DNA of 64,000 nt from Candidatus Bathyarchaeota archaeon (lineage in GTDB: Archaea > Thermoproteota > Bathyarchaeia > Bathyarchaeales > Bathyarchaeaceae): positions 96,001 through 160,000 of the forward strand of contig CAVOMX010000012.1 in the NCBI GenBank assembly GCA_963697165.1. The letters are read 5' to 3'. Below, one piece after another: positions 34,665 to 45,300 of this stretch. Each line of letters begins with the position of its first letter. Positions within the stretch are counted from its first letter, which is position 1. The notes beneath the pieces are model-generated. The model was not told the DNA's origin and made no database searches. It worked only from the letters and a program-made list of their open reading frames with translations. The translations under genes were made by a program, and so were the position numbers.

Positions 34665-35906
34665 ATGATTTTAGAAATTTGCCAAAAAGCAAAAATTGCC
34701 TCGGCGCAGCTAGCCAAAGCATCCGCTGAACAAAGAAACAAGGCATTATGTAACATGGCTGACTCCCTTGAAAACTGCTGCATAACGATTTTGGAGGCAA
34801 ACATGAAGGATGTTGAAGCTGCAAGAGCCAAAGGCGTAAAAGAGGCGCTGATTGACCGGCTGATTCTGGATAAAAAACGTGTAAGCAGCATGGCATCCAA
34901 CCTGCGGGAGATAGCAAAGTTGCCTAATCCTGTTGGTGAAATCGTGAAAACATGGACCCGACCCAACGGCTTGATTATTGGGCAGATTCGTGTGCCGCTT
35001 GGTGTAATCGGAATAATCTACGAGTCCAGACCCGACGTTACGTCAGAAGCGTCTGGGCTGTGCATAAAATCTGGAAACGCGATAATCTTGAGGGGCGGCT
35101 CAGATGCCATAAACTCGAACATGGGAATAGGAGACGCACTACGTGTCGCACTGGAAGAGACAGGCTTAATGAAGGATATCATTCAGGTTGTTCCAGTGAC
35201 GGACAGAAGTTTTGCCGAGAAGCTAATGACAATGAGAGAGTATATTGATGTGCTGATTCCCCGTGGAGGAGCCAGCCTCATCAAAACAGTAGTAGAAAAA
35301 TCTACCATTCCTGTTATCGAGACAGGAACAGGAAACTGCCACATCTACGTTGAAGAAGACGCAGACCTAAACCGAGCCGTGGATATTGTAATCAATGCTA
35401 AATGTCAGAGACCCGGAACATGCAACGCTGCAGAAAAACTAATAGTCCACAAGAGCGTTGCAAGACAGTTTTTGCCAAAAGTGGTTTCAGCTCTTAACCT
35501 TAATGGAGTCGAAGTCAGAGCATGCAAAAAGACAATGGAGTTGCTTCCAAACTTGAAGCCAGCAGTTGAAGCAGACTGGGGAACAGAATATCTTGACCTG
35601 ATTATTGCCATAAAAATAGTCGAAAATTTAGACGAAGCAATCGTTCACATTAACAAGTATGGCACAAAACATTCTGAATCGGTCTTAACAGCAGATTTTA
35701 ATAAGGCACTAAAATTCATTAACGAAGTAGATGCCGCAGCAGTCTACTGGAACGCATCCACACGCTTCACGGACGGCAACCAGTTCGGACTAGGAGCAGA
35801 AATCGGAATCAGCACCCAGAAACTGCACGCAAGAGGACCAATGAGCGTCCAGCAGCTAACAACAACAAAATTCTTCATACTGGGTAGAGGACACATCAGG
35901 GAATAA
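34665..35906 (+). CDS. proA: Gamma-glutamyl phosphate reductase
   Basis: VPLGVIGIIYESRP, CNAAE, NASTRFTDG, GISTQKLHARGP. Confidence 0.96.
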   Translation: MILEICQKAKIASAQLAKASAEQRNKALCNMADSLENCCITILEANMKDVEAARAKGVKEALIDRLILDKKRVSSMASNLREIAKLPNPVGEIVKTWTRPNGLIIGQIRVPLGVIGIIYESRPDVTSEASGLCIKSGNAIILRGGSDAINSNMGIGDALRVALEETGLMKDIIQVVPVTDRSFAEKLMTMREYIDVLIPRGGASLIKTVVEKSTIPVIETGTGNCHIYVEEDADLNRAVDIVINAKCQRPGTCNAAEKLIVHKSVARQFLPKVVSALNLNGVEVRACKKTMELLPNLKPAVEADWGTEYLDLIIAIKIVENLDEAIVHINKYGTKHSESVLTADFNKALKFINEVDAAAVYWNASTRFTDGNQFGLGAEIGISTQKLHARGPMSVQQLTTTKFFILGRGHIRE

Positions 35907-35930
35907 CCCCCTTTTGAAGTAGTGGATGTT

Positions 35931-36520
35931 CTAATCTTTATCACTGAATGCTTCCCATCCTTCTTTCAAAAAGAATGGAATCAAAAACAGGGCAGCTATT
36001 GGATCTGCCCACCACCATCCAAATAGAGCATTCAGTCCCAGACCAGCTAGGACAGTTAAGTCTTGAAGGTCACACATCAGACTTTCTACCGCTTCAGCTC
36101 GGAGAGCACGGGAACCTAAATATTTTGCCAACCTTGTCTTCCCAAGATATAAAACTATCATTACTAGTGCACTGGCTAAAACAAGGACTATTCCTACTGG
36201 ACTTTCTTGAGGCTCAACTAGAAAACCTGTCAAAGTAGCTAATGACTGGAAAGCCACAAAAGCAGCTAACAAGAAAAAGGTCGCACCTACTAATTTCAAA
36301 GCCCTGCCTTCAGCCTTCTCTTCCTCTTTGTCTTCTCGAAGATTCAATCTCCAAATCAAAACAGCCCCAGCAAAAATTTCTATTATACTATCCAATCCAA
36401 AAACAAAGAGAGCCACGCTGCTAGAAGTGAGGGCAGACCAAAGAGCTACCCCTGCCTCTAAGAAATTCCAAAGAAAGCCTATCCACACTAAGATCAGAGC
36501 TTTTCTCCGAAGAGCATTTT
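35931..36520 (-). CDS. Cation diffusion facilitator-like transporter (TM domain only; 5' end unclear)
   Basis: SVALFVFGLDSIIE, ALRAEA, WWWADP. Confidence 0.8.
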
Positions 36521-36799
36521 CCTAACTATGATTGCCAACAACGTTAAGATTGTGAATAATAGCAGAATAATCTCTGATGGAAATTCTGGTATTACATTCG
36601 TGGCAATAATATCTATCGTGTGAGTACTATGTTCGTATACTATGCTAAACAAATAATGAGTGCTATTATATGTTTCAGTATAGTCAACATTCTTGATTAA
36701 TAGTGTATCATCTTTGTAAATTGAAAATAGTCCTGAAAGTAATTCTGCTGGAATTGTAATATTACATACTCCAATTGTGTAAGTAGCTCCTTCAACATT
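36494..36799 (-). pseudogene. Headless C-terminal fragment of a PEF-CTERM surface protein
   Basis: Open frame NVEGATYTIGVCNITIPAELL...HSTHTIDIIATNVIPEFPSEIILLLFTILTLLAIIVRK; an in-frame stop lies just upstream with no start codon. Confidence 0.7.
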
Positions 36800-37077
36800 G
36801 ATTCATTATTTACAATAGAATATTCGTCTATAACATTTGTAAACTTTAACCACAAATATTATTACGGTAAATACCTGATAAAACAACTGGGGGATTACAC
36901 AAATCCAATTCTGGGTTAGTAATTTTTAGTATTACTTATAGTCAGAAACACTACATTCTGAAATCTGTCACTAACCTTGTGACACACAACATCTTATCAA
37001 CCTAAAAAAAACTCAGTTCTGCATCAGGGGGAGACGTAAACAAAGCCACTCCCTAATCGGGTAAATAAAGGAATGAT

Positions 37078-37477
37078 GGGAGGTGAAATAATGAATAAGA
37101 AAATTCTAGTTATTACAGTTCTCCTATTGACTTTTGCTTTGATTTCAATTCCAGTAATGGGTGCACCAGCAACAATTAAAGAGGTTACAATGACAGCTGC
37201 GAATATACCAACTCCTGACGACCTACGGTGGGTAAGTCATGATACCATAAGACATGCAAGAGGCACAGGTACAGGTACAGGTGCAGTTACTCTAAATATA
37301 CCAGGACAAGATCCTCTAATTGGAGATTGGTATAGTGAATGGGCTAACGAGGGTAATTTTATTCAACCAAACGGATCACAACTTAGTTGTCGAATTAGAG
37401 ACCAGAAGCAAACGGAGACACTCTCAAATCAGATTTAATAAAGGAAGAAGGGAGGTGAAATAATGAATAAGAAAATT
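37078..37477 (+). repeat. 28-bp direct repeat covering SD, start codon and MNKKI
   Basis: GGGAGGTGAAATAATGAATAAGAAAATT at 37078-37105 and 37450-37477. Confidence 0.9.
37091..37438 (+). CDS. Small secreted protein (possibly truncated)
   Basis: GGAGGTG SD, MNKK signal peptide. Confidence 0.7.
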   Translation: MNKKILVITVLLLTFALISIPVMGAPATIKEVTMTAANIPTPDDLRWVSHDTIRHARGTGTGTGAVTLNIPGQDPLIGDWYSEWANEGNFIQPNGSQLSCRIRDQKQTETLSNQI

Positions 37478-37998
37478 ATGCTTATCAGCATTATGTTGTT
37501 AGTGTTGCTAACTATCTCTGCTATTCCAGCATATGCAGATCCAACAAAAGGACAAAAAACGGCAGTTACATTAGGCATGAAACGAACAACTGACCCGGAG
37601 GATATCGACGATCCTGTATCTACTGGTCCTGTAACCCATCAATATATACGTGTAAATTATGACGCTACTATTACATTTGAAGATGGTTCAACTCTTGTAG
37701 GAACACTCGTTACTGAAAGGAAGGTCGTCATAGTGCCGCAAAAGGAGGGAGAAAAAAGAATTTTCACAGACTACTATGTGTTTACGTTTGGAGATGGAGG
37801 CTTTGAAGGCAACGCTAAGGTAATCTTAGATGGCTGGATTACGGGAACACCGTCATCCTGGAAACAGTCGAGGGACCATGGAGTGTATACCAGGGTACTG
37901 GAGACTTTAAGGGGCAAACACTGAAGTTGGGCACATTTGAGGGAGCACCACCACTGACTAGCGGCTAGGATTTCTGGATTACTGGCCAAAACGGTAGC
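37463..37998 (+). CDS. Small secreted beta-rich protein (3' indels; end approximate)
   Basis: Signal peptide; GGFEG motif; alternative frame continues QGTGDFKGQTLK. Confidence 0.7.
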
Positions 37999-38353
37999 CA
38001 CAAATGTAGAACCTTCAGTCTCAATAATCTCCTTTTTCCTTTTTTTCTAACCAGAAAACAGTAACGTTAGATTGCTCTATGAACAAAGTTGGATACTAGT
38101 CAAGTATAATCTCAATTTAGTAATAATTCACACCCGATTATGGGAACAACACATTTGGGATGAAAGGTCGGAATGAGGAATTTTATTTTGGTACCTTACA
38201 GTTCCCTATTATTTGATTGTGTTTAGTGAACTACCATACACTAGTTTTCTGTTAGATTATTTTAATTAAAAAAATTATTAAAAACATGGATGAACACAAT
38301 ACAAACAGCCTTTTGAATCAAGAAGTAAGTCTGTAAACCAGTTTCTGTCTAGC

Positions 38354-38653
38354 CTATTTTTTGCCGATGGCGTCGGTTAATAGTTCCATGGTTTTTTCGA
38401 TGTGGTCTTTCTGTTTGGCGCGGATGATTGGACTGAAGATTTTTTTGACATACATCCCGTAGATGAGGATTTCTCTTGGGTCAGTCTCAGAAAGCGCCTC
38501 AAGAAGCAAATTCAAAATCTTCTGTTTCGCCTCGCTACTTTGAATATTCTTCAAAACATCTGCAATATCGTTGACTGCGTCCTCTTTCTCAGGGCTACTT
38601 CTTGGGCTTGTAGCCTAACTCTTCAAGTTTCTTTAGAACCATTATTTGCTCAT
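38354..38653 (-). CDS. Small helical hypothetical protein (indels)
   Basis: ATGA overlap with the ferredoxin stop; frame reconstructed as ..VLKKLEELGYKP..LRKEDAVNDIADVLKNIQ. Confidence 0.5.
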
Positions 38654-39147
38654 CTCCAAGCTTCTGGAATCAACTTGTTAACTGTAGCTTTTCTTGCTTT
38701 CTGGTCAAACTCTTTTTGTGTCATAAGACTCAAAGCATTTTCTGGGCACCATTCAATACATTGAGGTATGCCCTCACACAGGTTACATATCATAACCGTC
38801 TTTTTGTCTTGATTCAAGAATATGGCGCCATGCTTACAGCTTTCAAGGCACCAGCCACACAGATCACATTTTGCATCATCAATCATAATTATGCCTGTTT
38901 CCTCAGACCGCGCCAAAGCATCCCGAGGACACGAACGAACACATGGAGCATCCTCGCAGAGCTTACAAGACACGGGCATGTTAACAAGCTGATGTAAACG
39001 TAAAACTTTGATTCTGGAAAGTTTAGGATCAAAAACTTTCTCATTTTCCAACGCACAAACAAGTTCACACACTCTGCAACCAGTGCACTTTTCAAAGTCT
39101 GCACCAATAAATTTCTTTTCATCCGTCACTTGCTCTGACACCACCAT
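38650..39147 (-). CDS. 4Fe-4S dicluster protein (HydN/DmsB-like)
   Basis: CTGCRVCELVC, CKLCEDAPCVRSCP, CDLCGWC..SC, CNLC...PQCIEWCP. Confidence 0.9.
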   Translation of the reverse strand: MVVSEQVTDEKKFIGADFEKCTGCRVCELVCALENEKVFDPKLSRIKVLRLHQLVNMPVSCKLCEDAPCVRSCPRDALARSEETGIIMIDDAKCDLCGWCLESCKHGAIFLNQDKKTVMICNLCEGIPQCIEWCPENALSLMTQKEFDQKARKATVNKLIPEAWR

Positions 39148-39393
39148 TCCGTCAACCTCTAAGGCAATCACCTAAAAAGTTGTTGCATACTTATAGGTTT
39201 TCGTTTCCTCTTTTTCAATTAATGGTTATTTTTGTGTGCCTTAAAACTGTTTACGGCAACTTTGCTGAAACCTAAACGAGAGCTTGAAACAGAATTTTGT
39301 TTCATGTACCAAGAACAATGACAAAGAAGTTGATGTTTATTTCAACTTTTAACATTAGCTTCATAACTGTTATGTATTTTTTGTGGTATATTT

Positions 39394-39415
39394 AGTGATG
39401 TCGCTGGTGACATAA
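39394..39415. promoter_or_regulatory. Putative PadR operator ATGT-N8-ACAT (copy 1)
   Basis: AGTGATGTCGCTGGTGACATAA upstream of the PadR relic. Confidence 0.55.
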
Positions 39416-39425
39416 AGGCTGATTG

Positions 39426-39545
39426 GTGAGCAAAACGAACAGGCGGGACTCCTACGTTTCCTAGTCATGAACATGCTAGCAACAGGAGAACCCCATCAGA
39501 TTTTCTATAAAAAACCGATAATACACAGCGCTCTAGAAAACCTGT
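39426..39545 (+). pseudogene. Relic of a PadR-family regulator 5' end
   Basis: Encodes GLLRFLVMNMLA, matching GLLKFLVLKMI of the PadR at 46192-46752; shares its upstream operator. Confidence 0.6.
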
Positions 39546-39789
39546 GAACACTATATTGATAGCCACAATTTGGGAAAACAAATTTTACAAACGAGTTTTG
39601 AACGATGCTTGTTTCGGTTACTCCATGCTTCCTCTTCAACAATTTCTTTTTCACAAATCTTACATTTTCGACCATTCAAGGGATTTCGACCGGACTTTTT
39701 AATTCGTACCAACTTCCAAGGCATTTTGGGTCATCTCAATTTAAACTAAATATTATTCGTTAAAATCAATTCATGTTACATTAGTGAAT

Positions 39790-41605
39790 CTAGTTTTTAA
39801 TTTCTCCGTCTTCGATTTTGATCTTTGTTTGGGCATAGTTTGCAATATCTGGTTCGTGAGTGATTATTATAATTGTGGTTTTTGTTTCTTCATGAAATTT
39901 TTTGAGTAATCTCATTACTTGCTTTCCTGTTTCTGAATCTAGGTCTCCTGTGGGTTCGTCCGCAAATAATACTTTAGGTCGATTGGTTAATGCCCGGGCG
40001 ATAGCTACTCGTTGCATTTGCCCCCCACTTAGCTGGGCGGGATATTGTTTAGCCTGTTGTTTGATTCCAACACCATCAAGGAGGTCTTCAATTCTATTTT
40101 TCAGTTCTTTACTGAATCCTGCTAGATCAGCAGGCAGAGCAACGTTTTCTCTTGCATCATAGTGTGGCAATAAAGCATAGCTTTGAAAAATGAAACCCAT
40201 ATCTAACAGCCTAACTTTTGACTTTGCGTTGTCACTCATTTTGTGGATGTTCTTTCCTTTAAACAAAACAAAGCCATAATCGGTTTCATCTAAGCTGGCC
40301 ATACAATTTAACAAAGTGGTTTTTCCTGCTCCAGAATTACCTACAATTGCCACAAAGTCGCCTTCTTTAATATCAAGATCTATTCCTCTAAGAGCATATA
40401 CAGTGGTTTTTCCTAGTGTGTAATTTTTTGTTAGACCTCTAACTAGATATGATGTTTTCAGCGGAAGTTTGGATATCTTCGGATATGGAATCACTAAAAA
40501 TCTTATTTTGAAAAGTGAAGTATGGAAGATCTGAACCGAAAAAATCTAACCACATTTTCAGCAATTCAGCTTCGATAAAAAGATCTGAACTTAACTCAGC
40601 TAATGGTAACATGGCGAGTTTAAATTCTTCCATAGAGTTTACAGTTTTTACTCCGTATTTTGTTTCGTCCAGATAATCTCGAAGGCTAATTTGGCAGATG
40701 TCAAGTTTCTTTTGGACATCTTCTAGTAATCCTTTGCCTTGATTTATTTTCCATGCTACTTGTCTTAGTTTTGTATCAAAATTTTCGCAAATTTGTTTGA
40801 AGTCATGTTTTCCAAAGAAAAAGGATTTTGGTACCTGAAACAGATTTAGGATAGTTGAGATTGTTTTATCCATGTTTTGTAGAGCACTAAGTTTTGCTTG
40901 AAGAATTCTGAAAAACATTTCAAGTTTTTTTTGAGTTTTGGGGTCATTGATTCTGTGATGTCTTCCTTGGAGGCCTAAACTTAATCTTTCTAATACTTGA
41001 TTCATATTTCTTAAATTAGTTAATGTTGGATTTAGAAAAACTAAAAAGAAATTCATTAAAACTAGTTTGTCCGTCATTTCTTCAAAATCAATTATGTTTC
41101 CGTTAGATATTGTGAATTTTCGTGTTTTGCATCCTGAAAGTAGAATATGGGTTTCATTACTTTCGTTCAAATTCCAGATCATTGCCATACTGTTTTGTTG
41201 GATTTCAAAGTATTGATTTGGCAAATCTGACAACAATTTCTTTAGATTCAATTCGAAGGTTTTTGGGAGCTTTGGGTCAATTACTTTTAAGAATTCTTTA
41301 ACAATTTCAGAGGTTTCCTTAAGTTCTTGTTTTTCTTTTAGTAGTTTTTTCAGTTTTGTTTTGTTTTTTTTATAGTAGTCTTGGAGTATCGATGAGATGT
41401 TGTCTTCAATTTTTTCTAAAGTCTCTGTTTGCAGTGGTTTTTCGAGGTTTTTTTCAGCTCCTAAAAATAGGAATGTGTTGTGTTCTTTTTTGCTTATTTT
41501 TGATTTTTTGATTTTTTTCTTAAATTCTTTTTCAATTTTATCGGCTAATTGCGAGTTTTGTTTAGAGACAGACTTGTCTATTAAAGCCCCAAAATATGCT
41601 TTCAT
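39790..41605 (-). CDS. LolD/MacB-type ABC ATPase with ~385-aa N-terminal extension (probably one gene, indel at ~40443)
   Basis: [22 protein letters not shown]; removing one base joins [13 protein letters not shown]. Confidence 0.75.
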
Positions 41606-42351
41606 TGTTTCTTTCCTCCAGACCTAATTAAGCCCTCTTCTATGTGTGAGACAACTCCATCGGTCATATGCACTATGTAATCGCATTTTTCTGCAATCCA
41701 TCTGTTGTGTGTTACAAGAACCAATGTTTGTTGATTAATTCTGTTTATTCGACGAAATAGATCCATAACTTCCGCACTTGTTGAAGAATCTAAATCTCCT
41801 GTCGGTTCATCTCCCAAAATTATGGCAGGCTGATTTATCAATGCCCTAGCTACAGCAACTCTTTGTTGTTGACCTCCAGATAGTTCTGTAGGCAGATGGT
41901 AAAGTCTGTCTCCCATTCCTAATTCTCGAAGTAACATTTTTGCTTGTTCTCTTGCTAAACCTGAGCGAACTCCACTTAGTAACAAAGGTGTTTCAACGTT
42001 TTCAACTGCTGTTAAGAATGGAAATAGGTTGAATAGTTGGAAAATGAATCCGATTTTATCTCGGCGAAATGCTGTCATTTGGCCGTCAGAAAGTGAAGAG
42101 GTGTCTACTCCGTCAATTATTATTGTACCTGAAGAGCGTTTATCAAGGTGACCTATCATGTTTAGAAGGGTTGTTTTTCCGCATCCAGAGGCACCCATAA
42201 TGGCCATCATGTCTCCTTTGTTTACTGTTAAATCTATTCCTTTTAGAGCGTGAACTTCGTTTGGTTTTCCTTCATTGTATTTTTTATGTAAATCTGAAAT
42301 TGAAAGGATAGACGTTTGGGATAACGTTTCTTTTTGGTTTATCTTTTTCAT
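41602..42351 (-). CDS. LolD/MacB-type ABC ATPase
   Basis: GASGCGKT, LSGGQQQR, GDEPTG, VTH. Confidence 0.93.
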   Translation of the reverse strand: MKKINQKETLSQTSILSISDLHKKYNEGKPNEVHALKGIDLTVNKGDMMAIMGASGCGKTTLLNMIGHLDKRSSGTIIIDGVDTSSLSDGQMTAFRRDKIGFIFQLFNLFPFLTAVENVETPLLLSGVRSGLAREQAKMLLRELGMGDRLYHLPTELSGGQQQRVAVARALINQPAIILGDEPTGDLDSSTSAEVMDLFRRINRINQQTLVLVTHNRWIAEKCDYIVHMTDGVVSHIEEGLIRSGGKKQ

Positions 42352-45300
42352 CCTACATACCTCAATGCTTCTGCTGGGGGAATTCTTGAAGCCACAAGCG
42401 CAGGGAGTGACCCAGAGCCTAGGGCTATTAGTACAATTATTGAAAGATATAGTCCGATTTCTTGCCAGGGAATTACTAGTGTTACGCCTTGCATGTTTGC
42501 AAAACCTACACTTACTAGCAATCCGTTGGCAGTTCCGATTAGTAATCCGATTATTCCAAGTACTACTAGTTCAAGGAGAACTGAAAGAATTACTTGTGTT
42601 CTAGGAAATCCTATGGCTCTCATCATTCCGATTTCTCGTTTTCTTTCTGAAACGTTTCGAACTGAAATTACTCCCATGCCTACTGCTCCAATTACTAAAC
42701 CAAATGTAACGTAGATTTGAAGGAAAGATCCTATTCGATCTGTAAGTTCTAATGTTGATTCAATTCTAGAGTAGGTTCGACTAGAACTTGCAACATAGAA
42801 GTTGTCATCTGCTAAAAGTCGGTATCCTTCTCCGTTTGTGTTTGTGAACTCTTCAATTTTTTGAGCTATATCTTCAATTTGAGGATCATCAATAGGGAGA
42901 CTAGTTTTTATCAAATAAGAGTTGTATTGATTTTCTTCTCTGGAAATTAGGGTTTTTCCATCTGCTTCACCTAAATAATTTGTTTGGTTTGACCAATATT
43001 CGGGAAGATACAAAGTTCCTAGAATTGCTTGAAAGTCCATGTCGCCTCCACCAATAGATAAACTGGCTGATAATGGGAATCCTCCAGCACGTTGGTTGTC
43101 AAGACTTCCTCCAATAGTAAACGCTTGATACTTTGGAAATCCGTTGGTCGAAGAATTCATTGGTATCCAGATTTGCATTCCAAGAGGCAAAATAAACGAG
43201 TCAGTGAATACTATTGGGTTTTTGATAATGTTTCCATCATCGTCTCTCAAAGGTTCAACGCCTTCAAGCGGGTCTTCTCCTGAGCCTCCAACAAATCCTC
43301 CTCCGTCTCCGCCTCCTATCTGAAGTTCAGAAAGGTCTGTTTCTCCAGAAAATATGGAAAGTATACGAGATGAAACATTGTAGGCAGCCATTTCGTATTC
43401 AGGAGTAAAGAATTGATCCCAACCTTTTTTGGTTAACACTTCTAGTTCTTCATCAGAAAGGTCTGAAAGAGCAGATTCCCTAATTCCATCAGGCAGATCA
43501 CCTAAATAAAACGGGTAACGCCAATTAGGATCTGAATAGTCTGAGGCGTTTCCTCGAATTTGTTCGGCTTTGAATTCTCCAATTCCAATTGGAACAAAAC
43601 TGGTTGCAGCATCAAAATCTGAAGAACTGGGATCCTTTAATGATACAAACTTTGTGAAGTCTTGTCCTGGTCTGAAAGTTTTGAATCCTATTATGTCTGT
43701 TATTCGATCGTCAAGTTTGTAAACTTGGTCTGTATATGAAGTGTCAGGAATTATTGCTTCGGGTTTGTTTAGGAATATTACCATGTCAACGCCTTTGCTA
43801 TCTTCTTCAAGTTGAATTGCAGTTCCTAAGCTTGTGGGAATCAATGTGGCAACCAGCACGTTAAGCGTTAATATGACTGCAAAAATTGCAAATGTTAACG
43901 TAGAACGGGTAATATGGGATGAAATTAGTGATGGAGATATTTGGGCAACGCCTTTTACTCCTCGAATTTTTATCAGAACATTCCTTAGGCCTCGCATTAA
44001 AATAGGTAGATTGAGTGCGACAAATAGGATTGATCCGATCATTATTTCGATAATTCCCAAAATTAGGATATCAATAGATAGACCTGTTATGTCTGTTACC
44101 CAGTTGCCCATAGCTACAACAAATAGGATTGACGGAATAACCCAAAGGGTAATTGCTGCTATGTTGAAAGCTTTTACCCTGTCTATATATTTGGAGAGGA
44201 CAAGACCTAAGCCTCCTGTTAATAGGCCAAATCCCATCATTAGAGATCTCCATTCGTTAAGGGTGTCCCATCCTTCACTGGTCCAGAAGACTTGGTAGGA
44301 TTCTTCGATTATTCCGTTATTTATTAGAAGAATTATTCCGCCTGCAATCATTAGTACTCCTAATGCTGCTAGGTTTCGGCTTGATTTTTCTTTGAATTCT
44401 ACTTTTATTCCACGTAGAGCTTCTACGATTTTGACTCGTGATGCCCTTAAGGCAGGAAGAATTCCGGTTATAATGCTTAAGACTACACCGATTATTACAG
44501 ACAATATGACTGCTTCTTGAGAAATAACTGGTTGAACACTAAGCTCCCCAGTTCCAAATAGGCTTACTAGATACATTGCTACAGCTTGGCCAAATGCTAA
44601 TCCTCCAATTAGACCTACGATTCCTCCGATTATTCCTTGGAACAAGTTTTCAATTATTATTGACTGAAAAATGCCGCTACGATTAGCACCTACTGCTCGT
44701 AGTACTCCTGTTTGAAACTCTCGGTCTTCTACACTCATCAATTGAACGTTGGTTATTAGCAAAATTCCGGTCATTGTGATTAAGAACCCTAATGCAGTTA
44801 GCATTGTGCTCATTAATGTGATGAAGAATTCTGCAAAAGTAGTAAAATCAAGTCGGTTCGATGTAACTTGGTAGATTTTTTGGGTGTTTCCTGTCTGAGG
44901 GTTTATCTCTTCGGGAATTGTGTTTTCTACTTGTTCTAGTTTGTTTCGCAAGAAATCTTCGTCTATACCTAAAATAAAGTGGTCAGATTTGTAGCTCACT
45001 AGAAATGTGCTGATTATGTCTGTTTCTTTCTTTGGGTCCTGTAGACTTAGCCAGTTTTGTAGATAATCTAGTCTTATTATGCCTCCTGAGTATTGGGAGC
45101 TGATTCCGGGACGGTTCGAATCAAAAATGCCGACTACATTCATTTCTATTTTTGAAATTTCAGGAGTAAATGAAATAATTGGTACTCTTTGGGTTCCATT
45201 TGGAGTTAAAGTTTCAAAGGCAATTTCTGTTATTTCAATACTGGCTGGAGTTCCATCAAAACTTACAATTCCTAGGAAGGCATCTCCTCTTAGAACTCTT

